A stretch of DNA of 64,000 nucleotides. It comes from a virus. The translations under genes and the position numbers were made by a program. Below the pieces are notes generated by a model. It was not told where the DNA came from and did no database searches. It saw nothing but the letters and a program-made list of their open reading frames with translations. The stretch spans positions 1-64,000 of the IMG/VR virus record IMGVR_UViG_3300019458_000024. One strand, 5' to 3'. This document shows, in pieces, positions 1 through 9,674 of the stretch (within the stretch, counting starts at the first letter, position 1; each line of letters begins with the position of its first letter).

Positions 1-1230
1 GCGCAAGTTGAGTCCGCTCCAGATTCTGGTGCGTTCGAGTATCTCGACACTATTACCACCACAAGTGATGTAACTACTGTAACGTTTTCGTCAACCGGAG
101 ACGGTGTGCGGCTCGCACCTCTAGATGGCAACACTGATGAAGAATATTATTGCCGATACCACATAGTCCAGAACGATGCTACAGGACCTGGCTACAACGT
201 AAGACCGAACGGCATCACTACCAATCAGGACTATGAGAATGTATTTAGTTCAAACGGAGCCGCGAGCGCAACTACGGGCACTGATTTACGCATAGCGGGC
301 GCTACGAACAATGCCGAAGGTCATGCGGGTTGGTTTTCTCTTGTCGCGAAGACAGGGTTGCCGCGTTATATGGAGAGCCATTCTGCTACTTATGATACCA
401 CTCCGTCATTTACTGCTAACAGTTTTTCAAATCGTGGTGCTCTTTGGAATGACACTACTACAAATATCACCAGTTTAGCCATTGTAGCCACTTCTGCCAG
501 TGGTATTCGTTCCGGCAGTAGATTCGAACTCTTTAGAAGAAAGTCTATGCGCAGTGCTGCAACTTCAGCAGCTACGTATGAACGACAAGTGACTGCTGCA
601 GTCGATCCCAGCGCATTAGTAACGACAGAACAAACTACTGGTGGTGTAACATTTACTGGTTCATTAATTGGTTTTTCTGCGCGACTAGAGGAAGCAGTTA
701 CTGCTGGTACGATTACTGTCAACATTAAGGTCGGTGGTGTAACTAAGCTCACTGGAGTATTAAATACTACTAACACAACTTTTATTAGAGCAAGTGCTGG
801 TTTGGGCGTGTATGCAGTGGTGCCTGGTGACAACGTTTCTGTAGAAATAGTTCCATCGGGATACACTAATACCGGCGCAGTGGTTTCGGGAATCACCGTC
901 AATACTACACTAGTCAACAGTGGCATATTCCAACCTGTTGATAATAGACGCAATGTAACAGCGGTTAAGACTGCTGCATATACTGCGATTATAAACGATT
1001 ATATTCCGTGTGATCCGACAGCGGGTACGTTTAGCGTAACCTTGCCGTCTGCTTCTTCTAGCGGAAGCGGTGCTGTGATTCGTGTCAAACATGATTCAAC
1101 TACAGGTAACAGCTTCTCTGTAGTGAGATCTGGAACTGACACACTTGATAATCTCACTACACTCGTAGTGAATACTCAAGAACAATATGAGTTCACTAGT
1201 GATGGTGTCTCTAAATGGAGGATTGGATAA
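1..1230 (+). CDS. Tail fibre/baseplate-associated structural protein, 5'-truncated by window edge
   Basis: Frame is open from base 1. Thr/Ser/Gly-rich; paralogous to 2250..4070 (DGNTDEEY, WNDTxTNITSL, YERxVTAxVDP); C-terminal TAVKTAAYTA...SDGVSKWRIG domain. Confidence 0.7.
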   Translation, partial: AQVESAPDSGAFEYLDTITTTSDVTTVTFSSTGDGVRLAPLDGNTDEEYYCRYHIVQNDATGPGYNVRPNGITTNQDYENVFSSNGAASATTGTDLRIAGATNNAEGHAGWFSLVAKTGLPRYMESHSATYDTTPSFTANSFSNRGALWNDTTTNITSLAIVATSASGIRSGSRFELFRRKSMRSAATSAATYERQVTAAVDPSALVTTEQTTGGVTFTGSLIGFSARLEEAVTAGTITVNIKVGGVTKLTGVLNTTNTTFIRASAGLGVYAVVPGDNVSVEIVPSGYTNTGAVVSGITVNTTLVNSGIFQPVDNRRNVTAVKTAAYTAIINDYIPCDPTAGTFSVTLPSASSSGSGAVIRVKHDSTTGNSFSVVRSGTDTLDNLTTLVVNTQEQYEFTSDGVSKWRIG

Positions 1231-1979
1231 TGAGTTATTCTCCTAAACGTAATAACTTACCGTGGTGGTTTCCAGCAAAGAACACGCACGCACTCACAGA
1301 TTATTTCGAAACTAACACATTGGCTGATTACACACTATCATCTACGGTGTCTGGTTCTGCCATAGATCCTGATGCTACTTTCTCAAGTGGCGGGCCTCGT
1401 GTGTCCTTTACAGGTGCCGGACTTCAAGTTCAACCAGAGATTGACGTTACCTGGACTATAACCAAGCCAACTACATTTGCAACAAATGTATTTGTAATGG
1501 TGTTATTCACAGCGGGTGGACGTGAAACTCAAAATATCCAAAATCATCAGGCTGGTTTGAGTGCAATTGTGTTTAGCGAAAATGCAACACAGACCGGTCA
1601 TTATGCGCACACTACAACGCAAGTTGTCACGGCCGCCACCTACTATATGCCAACGATGATCATCAATCATACAGCTGGTACGGTAAAGAAAGAGGCTGAT
1701 GATAACGGCTTTACAGATTGTCGTGAGTTTGCCGCTACTCAATACGCAGCGGTGGCGATGCAAAAAATTAGCAATAACTACCATGGTTATGCGATTACCC
1801 ACGCCGGCAACTGGTTCAATATGGGAGTAACAGCATATTCAGGAAATACTTTAGATAATTTTATCATTCCATTTTATTCCGTTGACGACGTTGCGGCATT
1901 CCGTCGTGGCAATCCAATACACACCATTCGAGCCATCTACACTGTAGATGCCATCGTAGTTCCAGGATCTATGAAGTAA
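1230..1979 (+). CDS. Putative receptor-binding/lectin-like structural protein (MSY-type partner)
   Basis: ATG overlaps the upstream TAA (TAATG); beta-rich composition; tail-gene context. Confidence 0.5.
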   Translation: MSYSPKRNNLPWWFPAKNTHALTDYFETNTLADYTLSSTVSGSAIDPDATFSSGGPRVSFTGAGLQVQPEIDVTWTITKPTTFATNVFVMVLFTAGGRETQNIQNHQAGLSAIVFSENATQTGHYAHTTTQVVTAATYYMPTMIINHTAGTVKKEADDNGFTDCREFAATQYAAVAMQKISNNYHGYAITHAGNWFNMGVTAYSGNTLDNFIIPFYSVDDVAAFRRGNPIHTIRAIYTVDAIVVPGSMK

Positions 1980-1984
1980 CTTAT

Positions 1985-2248
1985 ATGCATTATGTAATTT
2001 GCCTAAATAATCCAGATTTTAACGGCTCTTACGATACGCAAGAGGATGCCGAAATTGCTGCTATTGCCGCATTGGGAAAACTAGGTCCACCGATGTTGGT
2101 ATCCACTTCTGAAGAACCAATGGATTGGATCGTTAGATTTGTTGCCTGTCCGTGGGATATGGAAAACAGTCCGAACAGGTTCGAAAGAGGAGAAAATGCA
2201 GAACGGGACGCTCGTATAGCTGAAAAAATAGCGGAGTTCAACGAATAA
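1985..2248 (+). CDS. Small acidic hypothetical protein (possible fibre chaperone)
   Basis: 87-aa ORF tightly packed between fibre genes. Confidence 0.4.
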   Translation: MHYVICLNNPDFNGSYDTQEDAEIAAIAALGKLGPPMLVSTSEEPMDWIVRFVACPWDMENSPNRFERGENAERDARIAEKIAEFNE

Positions 2249-2249
2249 C

Positions 2250-4070
2250 ATGAAACTCTCACATCAAATAGGGCCGCCTCCATCAGGAACACTAGATGTC
2301 ACTACACAGAAGTTTGTTACGGATACCGTTTCAACTCCTCTGTCTAGCGGCATGGAGCTGGTGGACAAAATTACACTGACAGCTAATGCACAGAATGTTA
2401 CGTTTTCAGCCACAGGCGATGGTCAGTTTAAGCACGATGTTAATGGCAATACTGATGAAAGATACATTCTGATTTGCAGGATTTTGAATAACAGTGGAGG
2501 CGGTCCCACCTATACCTTGAAACCGAATAATCTCACCACCAATCAGCAAACGGAAAGCGTAGCCGTTAGCGGTGGCGTTGTTACAGGAACTGTAACCTCT
2601 GATATCCTATTTATTTCTACAGCATCAACTAGTTTGTTTATTAATTCAGATATTCAGGCCAAAACAGGGTTTGAGCGCCTCATACATTCTAGAACTGTAG
2701 CTTCTGCGGCAGGTGATGATTTACAAAGGATGTCCGGATCGGTCTGGAACGATACTTCTACAAATATCACTAGTTTAGTAATTAGTTCTTCATTGGCCAA
2801 CGGTCTTGGTACCAACTCTGTTTTTGAACTCTATAGAATTAGAGCTTTACGACCTGTTGTTTTGACTAAAGCAATCGGTAGCCTAGAATTTTTAGACAGG
2901 ATTGAAGTAACTGCAAATACCACTTCAGTAACTTTTGGCGCAACTGGGAATGGTCAATTACTGCGGGCACTAGACGGTGACGTAGATGAAGAGTATGTTT
3001 GTCGATACCGTTTTGTCAAAAATGGCAATCCTGTTTACAGTCTGCAACCGAATGGTATAGCTACCGGTCAGTCTTTTGAAGCTGTTGTAAGTGCTGGAGG
3101 TGTTGCATCAGCATCAGCTCTGACTGAGTTAAGAATTACTGGCGCGTCTGTTGGTGCAGAAGAATACCACGGTGAATTTAGATTACATGCAAAAACTGGT
3201 CGTCCACGTAGATTCAAAACAGCTGACACTGGTATAGATACTAGTTCGTTTGATGTTTCATTTTATGTAAATGGGGGTGGCGCCTGGTCTGATACTTCTA
3301 CTAATGTTACGTCACTTGTTATTGCTTCAAGCCTTGCAAGTGGTATTGGTATTGGTTCTACTTTTGAATTGTATCGCGTTACCTCAAAAACTGTGCGAGC
3401 AGACTCTGCTGCGTCTTACGAGAGGTTGGTAACTGCCCTTGTTGATCCAGGAGCACTCGCCACTACAGAGCAAACTACAGGTGCTATTGCCTTTGGAGGA
3501 TCTCTTCTAGGCTTTTCTGCTCGTTTAGAGGACGCAGTTACGGCAGGAACCATTGCTGTAAATGTCAAGGTGAACGGAGTAACTAAACTCACTGATACTT
3601 TGAGCACTACGCAGACTACTTTCATCCGTGCCGCAGCTGGCGTTGGAACATACCCGGTAGTGGCTGGTGACAATGTTTCCGTAGAAATTGTACCAACTAG
3701 TTATACCAACAGTGGATCAGTGGTTTCTGGCATAACTGTTAATGTAATGTTTATTAACAGTTCTCTAACCCAACCTCCTGTAATACAAACTGTTACGGCA
3801 GTCAAAACTTCTGCTTATACAGCAAATTTCTGGGAGACGGTGTTGGTGAACCCATCCGCTGGTTCGTTTGTTGTAACACTTCCAAATGTCAATCCTCATG
3901 ACATTGGCTCGGCGGTTGAAGTCCATATTGATGCCAATACGTCGAACCAGATTACAGTAGATGGTGATGGCTCCGATACCATTGCTGGCGTGAGCGATTT
4001 CTCCTTTGCTGGACCATACACTACTGCTGTGTTTCGCGCGATTACAACTTCAAAATGGATAGTAATATAA
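2250..4070 (+). CDS. Tail fibre/baseplate-associated structural protein with internal domain duplication
   Basis: Two copies of a ~170-aa module (MELVDKITLT/LEFLDRIEVT ... FELYR), then the same C-terminal domains as 1..1230. Confidence 0.7.
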   Translation: MKLSHQIGPPPSGTLDVTTQKFVTDTVSTPLSSGMELVDKITLTANAQNVTFSATGDGQFKHDVNGNTDERYILICRILNNSGGGPTYTLKPNNLTTNQQTESVAVSGGVVTGTVTSDILFISTASTSLFINSDIQAKTGFERLIHSRTVASAAGDDLQRMSGSVWNDTSTNITSLVISSSLANGLGTNSVFELYRIRALRPVVLTKAIGSLEFLDRIEVTANTTSVTFGATGNGQLLRALDGDVDEEYVCRYRFVKNGNPVYSLQPNGIATGQSFEAVVSAGGVASASALTELRITGASVGAEEYHGEFRLHAKTGRPRRFKTADTGIDTSSFDVSFYVNGGGAWSDTSTNVTSLVIASSLASGIGIGSTFELYRVTSKTVRADSAASYERLVTALVDPGALATTEQTTGAIAFGGSLLGFSARLEDAVTAGTIAVNVKVNGVTKLTDTLSTTQTTFIRAAAGVGTYPVVAGDNVSVEIVPTSYTNSGSVVSGITVNVMFINSSLTQPPVIQTVTAVKTSAYTANFWETVLVNPSAGSFVVTLPNVNPHDIGSAVEVHIDANTSNQITVDGDGSDTIAGVSDFSFAGPYTTAVFRAITTSKWIVI

Positions 4071-4071
4071 T

Positions 4072-4566
4072 ATGAGTTACTTTGGCAGACCTGATAAGCC
4101 ATTTACGGCCAGTAGTCACATTGGCATCTATACCATCGCTCCACTAGATGCGAGTGGTTTATATGGAACCTTTACCGCTGCGCCGACCTTAATACCACTT
4201 AATAAAGCCCTTCAACCTTGTGCGGGTGTTGCGATCAATAATGGGGGTTTACTGTTGGACAATGGCTCATACTTAATTACCACTCCAATTGGGGCCCGCT
4301 CTGTCGCTGGCGTAGCAGCCTCTATTGAAACCACTTGGGTTATCAATAGTAACTTTGCAAACTTTACACAACACACTGCATCATTTTTTGCAAATTCGGC
4401 TAATACAAATACAGTCGGCTCTTGTCGTCAAGGGGGGGTAGGTCCGACAGCTTTTGTCACCACTACGGCACAAGTCACGCTATTCTTCGTGGTTACAGCA
4501 GTTTCAGGACAGACTTGGAATATCGAGACATATTCCACACCTATCATTGTTATGAGGACAAGTTAA
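4072..4566 (+). CDS. C1q/BclA-C-like beta-sandwich structural protein (MSY-type partner)
   Basis: Starts MSYF one base after the upstream stop; G-V-x-x-x-x-G...G-x-Y-L pattern shared with the next gene. Confidence 0.45.
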   Translation: MSYFGRPDKPFTASSHIGIYTIAPLDASGLYGTFTAAPTLIPLNKALQPCAGVAINNGGLLLDNGSYLITTPIGARSVAGVAASIETTWVINSNFANFTQHTASFFANSANTNTVGSCRQGGVGPTAFVTTTAQVTLFFVVTAVSGQTWNIETYSTPIIVMRTS

Positions 4567-5456
4567 TGGATGCAGGACTATTCAAACTTTCCGCTAATCA
4601 AACAGCCCTAGACACAAACGGTGAATTGATTGTTTTCAACAGCACGTTGAAATCTTGCAGTGGTGTATCCCTATCAGCAGGTGCGTTCACTCTCTCTGCT
4701 GGCGGTCCATATCTAGTGCTTGGAAATTTTGATTTTACACGAACTGCTGGTTCTGTAGGTTTTACTTGGGTCAATTGGTACCGTAATCCATTAAGCACGC
4801 CTGAACTATATGGCGGTCAATTTTCATGTCTGCATCCATCGCAGGACGCATCAAATGGGTATGCTGGTGGCCTTGGCCCATCTACTGTATTTGTACAAAC
4901 TGGGCAAGATCTTACGCTTGGACCATGTGTGAATCCAGCCTCCGGGCTTACATATACGGCCAATTCAGCCTATACCTCATGCTGTATCATCAATTTTGAT
5001 CGTCAACTTGCAAGTTCCGGGCTTTACGATCTAAGTGCGACCCAAACCAATGTCGATACAGTCGGGGAACAAATCATATGGAATCGCACTCTTCGCGCGT
5101 GTAGCGGCGTGACCCTTTCGAGTGGTGCTTTTACTTTCGCTAGTGGCGGCCTCTATATTGCCATTGCGAATTTTGGATATAATCGTACAAGCGGAACTGG
5201 TAACTCCATTGGTACTCAATGGACAACGGATTCCACCGGAGCTGGGACAACGGCCTACGCAACTGCTGTTGCTTCACGATGTTCTACCGGAGATGGAACG
5301 GCAAATACCGGAAGTAACAGCGGACCGATTGCCGTTGTGGATACAACGGGTGGGGCGGTCACCATTGGCACCAATGTGGAATCCGTTCCTGCAAGTACGG
5401 TCTTTCAAGCAAATACGGGTAATGGTAATGGCGTCATGATCATGAGGCTTACCTAG
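4566..5456 (+). CDS. Structural protein with two tandem C1q/BclA-C-like domains
   Basis: TAATG-coupled start MDAGLF. Internal repeat AGLFKLSANQT..CSGVSLSAGAFT..GGPYL versus SGLYDLSATQT..CSGVTLSSGAFT..GGLYI. Confidence 0.5.
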   Translation: MDAGLFKLSANQTALDTNGELIVFNSTLKSCSGVSLSAGAFTLSAGGPYLVLGNFDFTRTAGSVGFTWVNWYRNPLSTPELYGGQFSCLHPSQDASNGYAGGLGPSTVFVQTGQDLTLGPCVNPASGLTYTANSAYTSCCIINFDRQLASSGLYDLSATQTNVDTVGEQIIWNRTLRACSGVTLSSGAFTFASGGLYIAIANFGYNRTSGTGNSIGTQWTTDSTGAGTTAYATAVASRCSTGDGTANTGSNSGPIAVVDTTGGAVTIGTNVESVPASTVFQANTGNGNGVMIMRLT

Positions 5457-5492
5457 AGGTCTGTGGAGTTTTGCCATAGTGGAGGTTTTTAA

Positions 5493-5816
5493 ATGAGAGT
5501 AGCTAATCAAATACCACCAATATCCGGCGTATTCATACAAACAAGTACCAAGACTACGACATACACTGCTCAAGTTGGTGAGTTAGTGCCTGTGGACCCT
5601 TCTGGTGCTGGGTTCACAGTGAACCTTGCTGCAATTACTGCGGCAAATAAAGATGGTATGATCTGTATAAAAAACATCACAAGTAGCACAAATGTCGTAA
5701 CACTAGACGGTAACGGAGCCCAAACTATTGATGGTTCAGCGACGTTTTCTATGAACATCGGTTTCCAATCTATTTGGCTAGTGTCTGACGGTTCGTCAAA
5801 CTGGATGGTCATCTAA
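5493..5816 (+). CDS. Stand-alone docking domain (T4 gp9/gp10-like) structural protein
   Basis: GGAGG SD; KTTTYTA..VDPSGAGFTVNL..IKN..QTIDG..SDGSSNWMVI, paralogous to the C-termini of neighbouring fibre genes. Confidence 0.55.
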   Translation: MRVANQIPPISGVFIQTSTKTTTYTAQVGELVPVDPSGAGFTVNLAAITAANKDGMICIKNITSSTNVVTLDGNGAQTIDGSATFSMNIGFQSIWLVSDGSSNWMVI

Positions 5817-5817
5817 T

Positions 5818-6258
5818 ATGTCATATGCTCCAGCAGATAGTAGAAGTTTGATCATTATCAGCAATAGTGCGCCTGAGACTTACACCTCAGAAACAGATAT
5901 TACATTCGATACGACTGATCGACAGCGGGGCGATCTCACGCGTTCTGGAAGCCAGATTTTAGGGTTGAAGGCAAACAAGACTTATTTGGTGATGGGCGTT
6001 CTTTCCGGCAGTGGTTCATTGGCTGATGATGCACTTTCTGCCCAAATTTATGATGTAACAGGTACTGCGTACCTTGGTTCGTTAATCGCAACCAGTGTGT
6101 ACTTAGTCGCTGCGACTACTACCAACACCATTCAACCGCTTTCCTACTTCCTGTTCACACCCACCGTCAACACTACAGTGTCATTTCGCATGAAAGCAGG
6201 AGGCAGCGGCACAGCGACAGTAAAAGCTAAAACCAGCCTCATGGTAATTGAGCTGTAA
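5818..6258 (+). CDS. C1q-like structural protein (MSY-type partner)
   Basis: Starts MSYA one base after the upstream stop; beta-rich; ends LMVIEL. Confidence 0.45.
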   Translation: MSYAPADSRSLIIISNSAPETYTSETDITFDTTDRQRGDLTRSGSQILGLKANKTYLVMGVLSGSGSLADDALSAQIYDVTGTAYLGSLIATSVYLVAATTTNTIQPLSYFLFTPTVNTTVSFRMKAGGSGTATVKAKTSLMVIEL

Positions 6259-6323
6259 ATCCGAGCGTTTAGACCAAGACAGGAACCCTTTTGAATTGGA
6301 ACTCCGTGATACTAACCTAATAT

Positions 6324-6332
6324 TGCTATAAT
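6324..6332 (+). promoter_or_regulatory. Extended -10 promoter candidate
   Basis: TGCTATAAT in a 183-nt intergenic gap upstream of 6442. Confidence 0.35.
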
Positions 6333-6441
6333 GTACGATAAATGATTACTTCTCTGACTACACCGGACCTGGACCTGTAAACAACATACTGGTGCATAAA
6401 CGATACGGCTTTACCAACAACTAAAAACAATTTAACTTTTC

Positions 6442-6897
6442 ATGAGTACAATATTACGAAGAACAGGGACTAAACTAGGCATCTTTAAAGAAAGAAGCGC
6501 CAGTCCGTCACCCGTTGCAGGCTCTGCGCAAATTTACGCAAAACTATTTTCTGGTAATACCAATTTCTTCGTAATGGATTCAGTTGGCAATGAATACGCA
6601 TTGTTAGTTGGAAGTGTAGTTACAGCTGTTAAAATTGCTAATTATTCCGCTAATGTAGGTGAAACTGTGAGGGTAAACCCCACCGCAGGCGGTTTCACTA
6701 TAACTTTACCTGCTATTTCAGCAGGTAATGCAGGCGGTAAAATTACTATTAAAAATCAAAGTAATAGTATAAATTCTGTAATTATTGACGCTACAGGCGC
6801 GGACACAATAGACAGTGTAGGATCGTTTACAATGAATTCAGCCAGAGAAACACTGTCTCTACAAAATGATGGAATCTCTGACTGGATGATTGTCTAG
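6442..6897 (+). CDS. Docking-domain structural protein
   Basis: TAVKIANYSA..VNPTAGGFTITLP..IKN..DTIDS..NDGISDWMIV, fourth copy of the domain. Confidence 0.55.
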   Translation: MSTILRRTGTKLGIFKERSASPSPVAGSAQIYAKLFSGNTNFFVMDSVGNEYALLVGSVVTAVKIANYSANVGETVRVNPTAGGFTITLPAISAGNAGGKITIKNQSNSINSVIIDATGADTIDSVGSFTMNSARETLSLQNDGISDWMIV

Positions 6898-8660
6898 TGA
6901 CCTACAAAAGACAAATAACTCCAGAAGCTTTTGGAGCTGTGGGTGACGGCATAGCTGATGACGGTGTAGCGTTACAAGCGTGGTTGGATTCTACAGAGGG
7001 CGCGACTGTCAATTCAGCCAGACATTTAGTAGCTCGCGGACAGTACAAATTTACTAATGAGCTACTACTGGCACCTACAGGCAGTACTCGCGTAACTATG
7101 GATTTTCAAGGAGCGCGTTTTAATTATGCCGGAGTTAGCGGCATTCGTGTAGAAGGTCTTACTCTTACTTTCGACGCGGCGGGAAAGACTATCACAAGAT
7201 CAGCTGGAAGTTTCATTACGGACGGGTTCACAGCTGGTCGCAAAGTGTTCATTTACGGATCTTCCCTGAATGACAAGCTATTCAAGGTGTCTAGCGTCAC
7301 TGCATTGGTACTAACCTTGGACCCATTAGACATTCTTCAAGATGAAGGGCCAGTATCAGACTGTCGTGTGGAAGATTATAGAAACCTTTTTACTTTAGGA
7401 GATCCATATAACAGTAGAAAACTGTTTTGGAGTCGAATCGAAGGTTTGTTTTTGGGCGCATCCACTGGAACGAACACAAACGCCTTACTAGTCCATCACG
7501 CGGATTTCCTTACGGTAGTGAGCGGATCTATAGGTGCACATGGTCGTGCTTTGTTCTTGTGTGGTGGAGGTGGGGGGCCAGTGGCATCTTCTGCAAACTC
7601 AGCAGCATTTCATCAAGTTACCATGACAGGAGGATATTACGAAACAGCCCTAATGATGGGTAATGTTTGGTCTATAACAGGCAACAGAAATCAACAATCA
7701 CAACACGCAACAGCTGGATTTGGAATTCACGCATACAAATGTTCTGTATTTGAAATATCTAATGTTGATTTCAGCTTGCACAAAGGTGGTGCAGTAAAAA
7801 TAAACAAAGCAGGTAATGGTAAAGTTCACTTCTACTCAGAGTCAATAGGAACGGGGGTTCCAGACAATGACACTAAAGTTATTCACGCCATTCTCAGTAA
7901 TAATGTACAGATCAATGCAACTAGTTTGAACTGTGCACAAGGCGGAACGAGTTCAGGCAATCACACTGATTACGGTATGTATTTGGAAAGTTGTTATGGA
8001 TTTCAAATGCACGCTAACGGGCTGCTGCCGATGAAAGCCTTCTTGTTTTTGGACTCAGCTTGTGGTCCCAATGAGCTTATGTTTGCGTCTAACTGTGATC
8101 ACAAAGGCGATGATGATCAAACATATCCCGGACCTATTATTGATAATGGTAAGTTGTTAAAAAATAGTGCTAAGGGCAAGTTCCTTACTCCAGTCTCCCC
8201 AAGTGCTGTAAATCATCTTGATCCTGATCTGTCTAACTGGACGTATGCTAATGGTGCTGTTTATTCAGGTAGTACTGTTCCATCCGATGATTTGAGTGGA
8301 ACTGTCAATATTATCGAGCTGGATAAAGCTAATATTGGTGATTATTCTTCTTTAACATTCCTGAGTTCTGCTACTACTGGCGCGCCTACTAAAGGTATAC
8401 GAATTCGTCTAAAGAGCCGTTTTGTGGCTTTTAGGGATCCGCCTACTAAAAGGATGGCCATCCTGGAAATATTGATTCGTAATTCGGCAAACTACGCACA
8501 AGTAGTGAGAAGAGACTTTAGGATTGGTGACAATTGGGATTGGCATGAACTTACGTGGTTCCCTCCAGCAGACAGCACTTTTGACGTATTCATAAATCCT
8601 AGAGAATCTTGGGAACCAGTAGATATTGCCATTGAATCAATTGGCATGATCGTGGAATAA
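6897..8660 (+). CDS. Tailspike-like protein (pectate-lyase-like beta-helix, C-terminal carbohydrate-binding-like domain)
   Basis: TPEAFGAVGDGIADDGVALQAW motif typical of beta-helix tailspike N-caps; GTG start overlaps the upstream TAG. Confidence 0.65.
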   Translation: MTYKRQITPEAFGAVGDGIADDGVALQAWLDSTEGATVNSARHLVARGQYKFTNELLLAPTGSTRVTMDFQGARFNYAGVSGIRVEGLTLTFDAAGKTITRSAGSFITDGFTAGRKVFIYGSSLNDKLFKVSSVTALVLTLDPLDILQDEGPVSDCRVEDYRNLFTLGDPYNSRKLFWSRIEGLFLGASTGTNTNALLVHHADFLTVVSGSIGAHGRALFLCGGGGGPVASSANSAAFHQVTMTGGYYETALMMGNVWSITGNRNQQSQHATAGFGIHAYKCSVFEISNVDFSLHKGGAVKINKAGNGKVHFYSESIGTGVPDNDTKVIHAILSNNVQINATSLNCAQGGTSSGNHTDYGMYLESCYGFQMHANGLLPMKAFLFLDSACGPNELMFASNCDHKGDDDQTYPGPIIDNGKLLKNSAKGKFLTPVSPSAVNHLDPDLSNWTYANGAVYSGSTVPSDDLSGTVNIIELDKANIGDYSSLTFLSSATTGAPTKGIRIRLKSRFVAFRDPPTKRMAILEILIRNSANYAQVVRRDFRIGDNWDWHELTWFPPADSTFDVFINPRESWEPVDIAIESIGMIVE

Positions 8661-8693
8661 TAAATGACAAGGCAGTTACTAGGAGTATTTTAA

Positions 8694-9230
8694 ATGGCAG
8701 GCGGGTGGGGATCAGGGCCATGGGGATCAAGCCCATGGGGTAGTGGAGAAGATGAAACACCAGCGTTTACTGATGTAAACGTTGCTGTTGTAAAAATAGT
8801 GGCATTGGACATGGTTCAAATCATTTTTAGTGAACCTATGAAAAATAATGCTGTATTGCAAGACGCAGCGTCGTACACAGTCACGGCATTTAATCCTGGT
8901 GTGGGTGTACCTGTTACTGTAAGAGAAGTTAGGACAGGAAAAGGGATTTCTGCTTTAAGTGTTTTGTTGGTTATTTCTCAACCTACAGTAGGGGCTGTAT
9001 ATGATGTAACTGTGGTTGGAAATATAGTGTCACTCAATAACGTGGCACTAACCATCAACACCAAAAGAGGAAAATACAGAAAAACAAAAAACGACAGTTT
9101 GTTTACCACTAGGCCCTCGATGTATGATCTTAGACCACAGTCTGTGTATAGAAATGTTCTCACGGCTATTGGTCTTGAAGATGATCTAATCGGCGGCTCT
9201 GAAAATGAGGGTGAAGACATTTTTAGGTGA
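8694..9230 (+). CDS. Virion structural protein, Ig-like with N-terminal GxxPWG repeats
   Basis: AGGAG SD; MAGGWGSGPWGSSPWGSG; IIFSEPM..Y..V Ig-like pattern. Confidence 0.45.
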   Translation: MAGGWGSGPWGSSPWGSGEDETPAFTDVNVAVVKIVALDMVQIIFSEPMKNNAVLQDAASYTVTAFNPGVGVPVTVREVRTGKGISALSVLLVISQPTVGAVYDVTVVGNIVSLNNVALTINTKRGKYRKTKNDSLFTTRPSMYDLRPQSVYRNVLTAIGLEDDLIGGSENEGEDIFR

Positions 9231-9233
9231 CAC

Positions 9234-9674
9234 ATGGATAATGAGACTAAGAAGACGTTAGACAAAGTAGTAGATTGGATTAAATCCAATAAAGAAACAC
9301 ATGGAGGCAGTAAATCTCCTTGGAGCCTAGTTGTAGGTTTAATGACTGCTGCGGTAGCTCTTTTGGCTACAGGATTCATGTATTATCGCGCCTGGAAGCA
9401 AGGTAAAGTTATCGCAAAACTAAAGCATGAGAAAGACTTAGCTGAGCAGGTTAAATTAACTGGAGAAGTCGCCAGACAAGTTTCCAAAAATAAGGTTCAA
9501 GCTGCTATACTTCGCAAAAAGGGTAAACTTGCTGAAGAGAAAATTAAGGAGCTTGATACTCAACTAAAGGAGCTTGATGATGTTAGGACTAAGACCACAA
9601 ATGATATCAAGGCTATCAATTCTTGGAGTGATGTTGATAGCTTTTTGTCTAAACGCAAAAACGGCGAAAGCTGA
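9234..9674 (+). CDS. Membrane-anchored coiled-coil protein (i-spanin-like)
   Basis: Single TM (WSLVVGLMTAAVALLATGFMYY) followed by a Lys/Glu coiled coil. Confidence 0.4.
   Translation: MDNETKKTLDKVVDWIKSNKETHGGSKSPWSLVVGLMTAAVALLATGFMYYRAWKQGKVIAKLKHEKDLAEQVKLTGEVARQVSKNKVQAAILRKKGKLAEEKIKELDTQLKELDDVRTKTTNDIKAINSWSDVDSFLSKRKNGES

Noticed and set aside
390-953. Long antisense ORFs opposite fibre and other genes (also 3416, 14524, 21504, 38586)
   Set aside because: Typical shadow ORFs of biased coding strands; no motifs or SD.
1215-6900. Programmed frameshift fusing docking-domain genes to MSY genes
   Set aside because: Junctions use different relative frames (overlap versus 1-nt gap) and share no slippery sequence; translational coupling is simpler.
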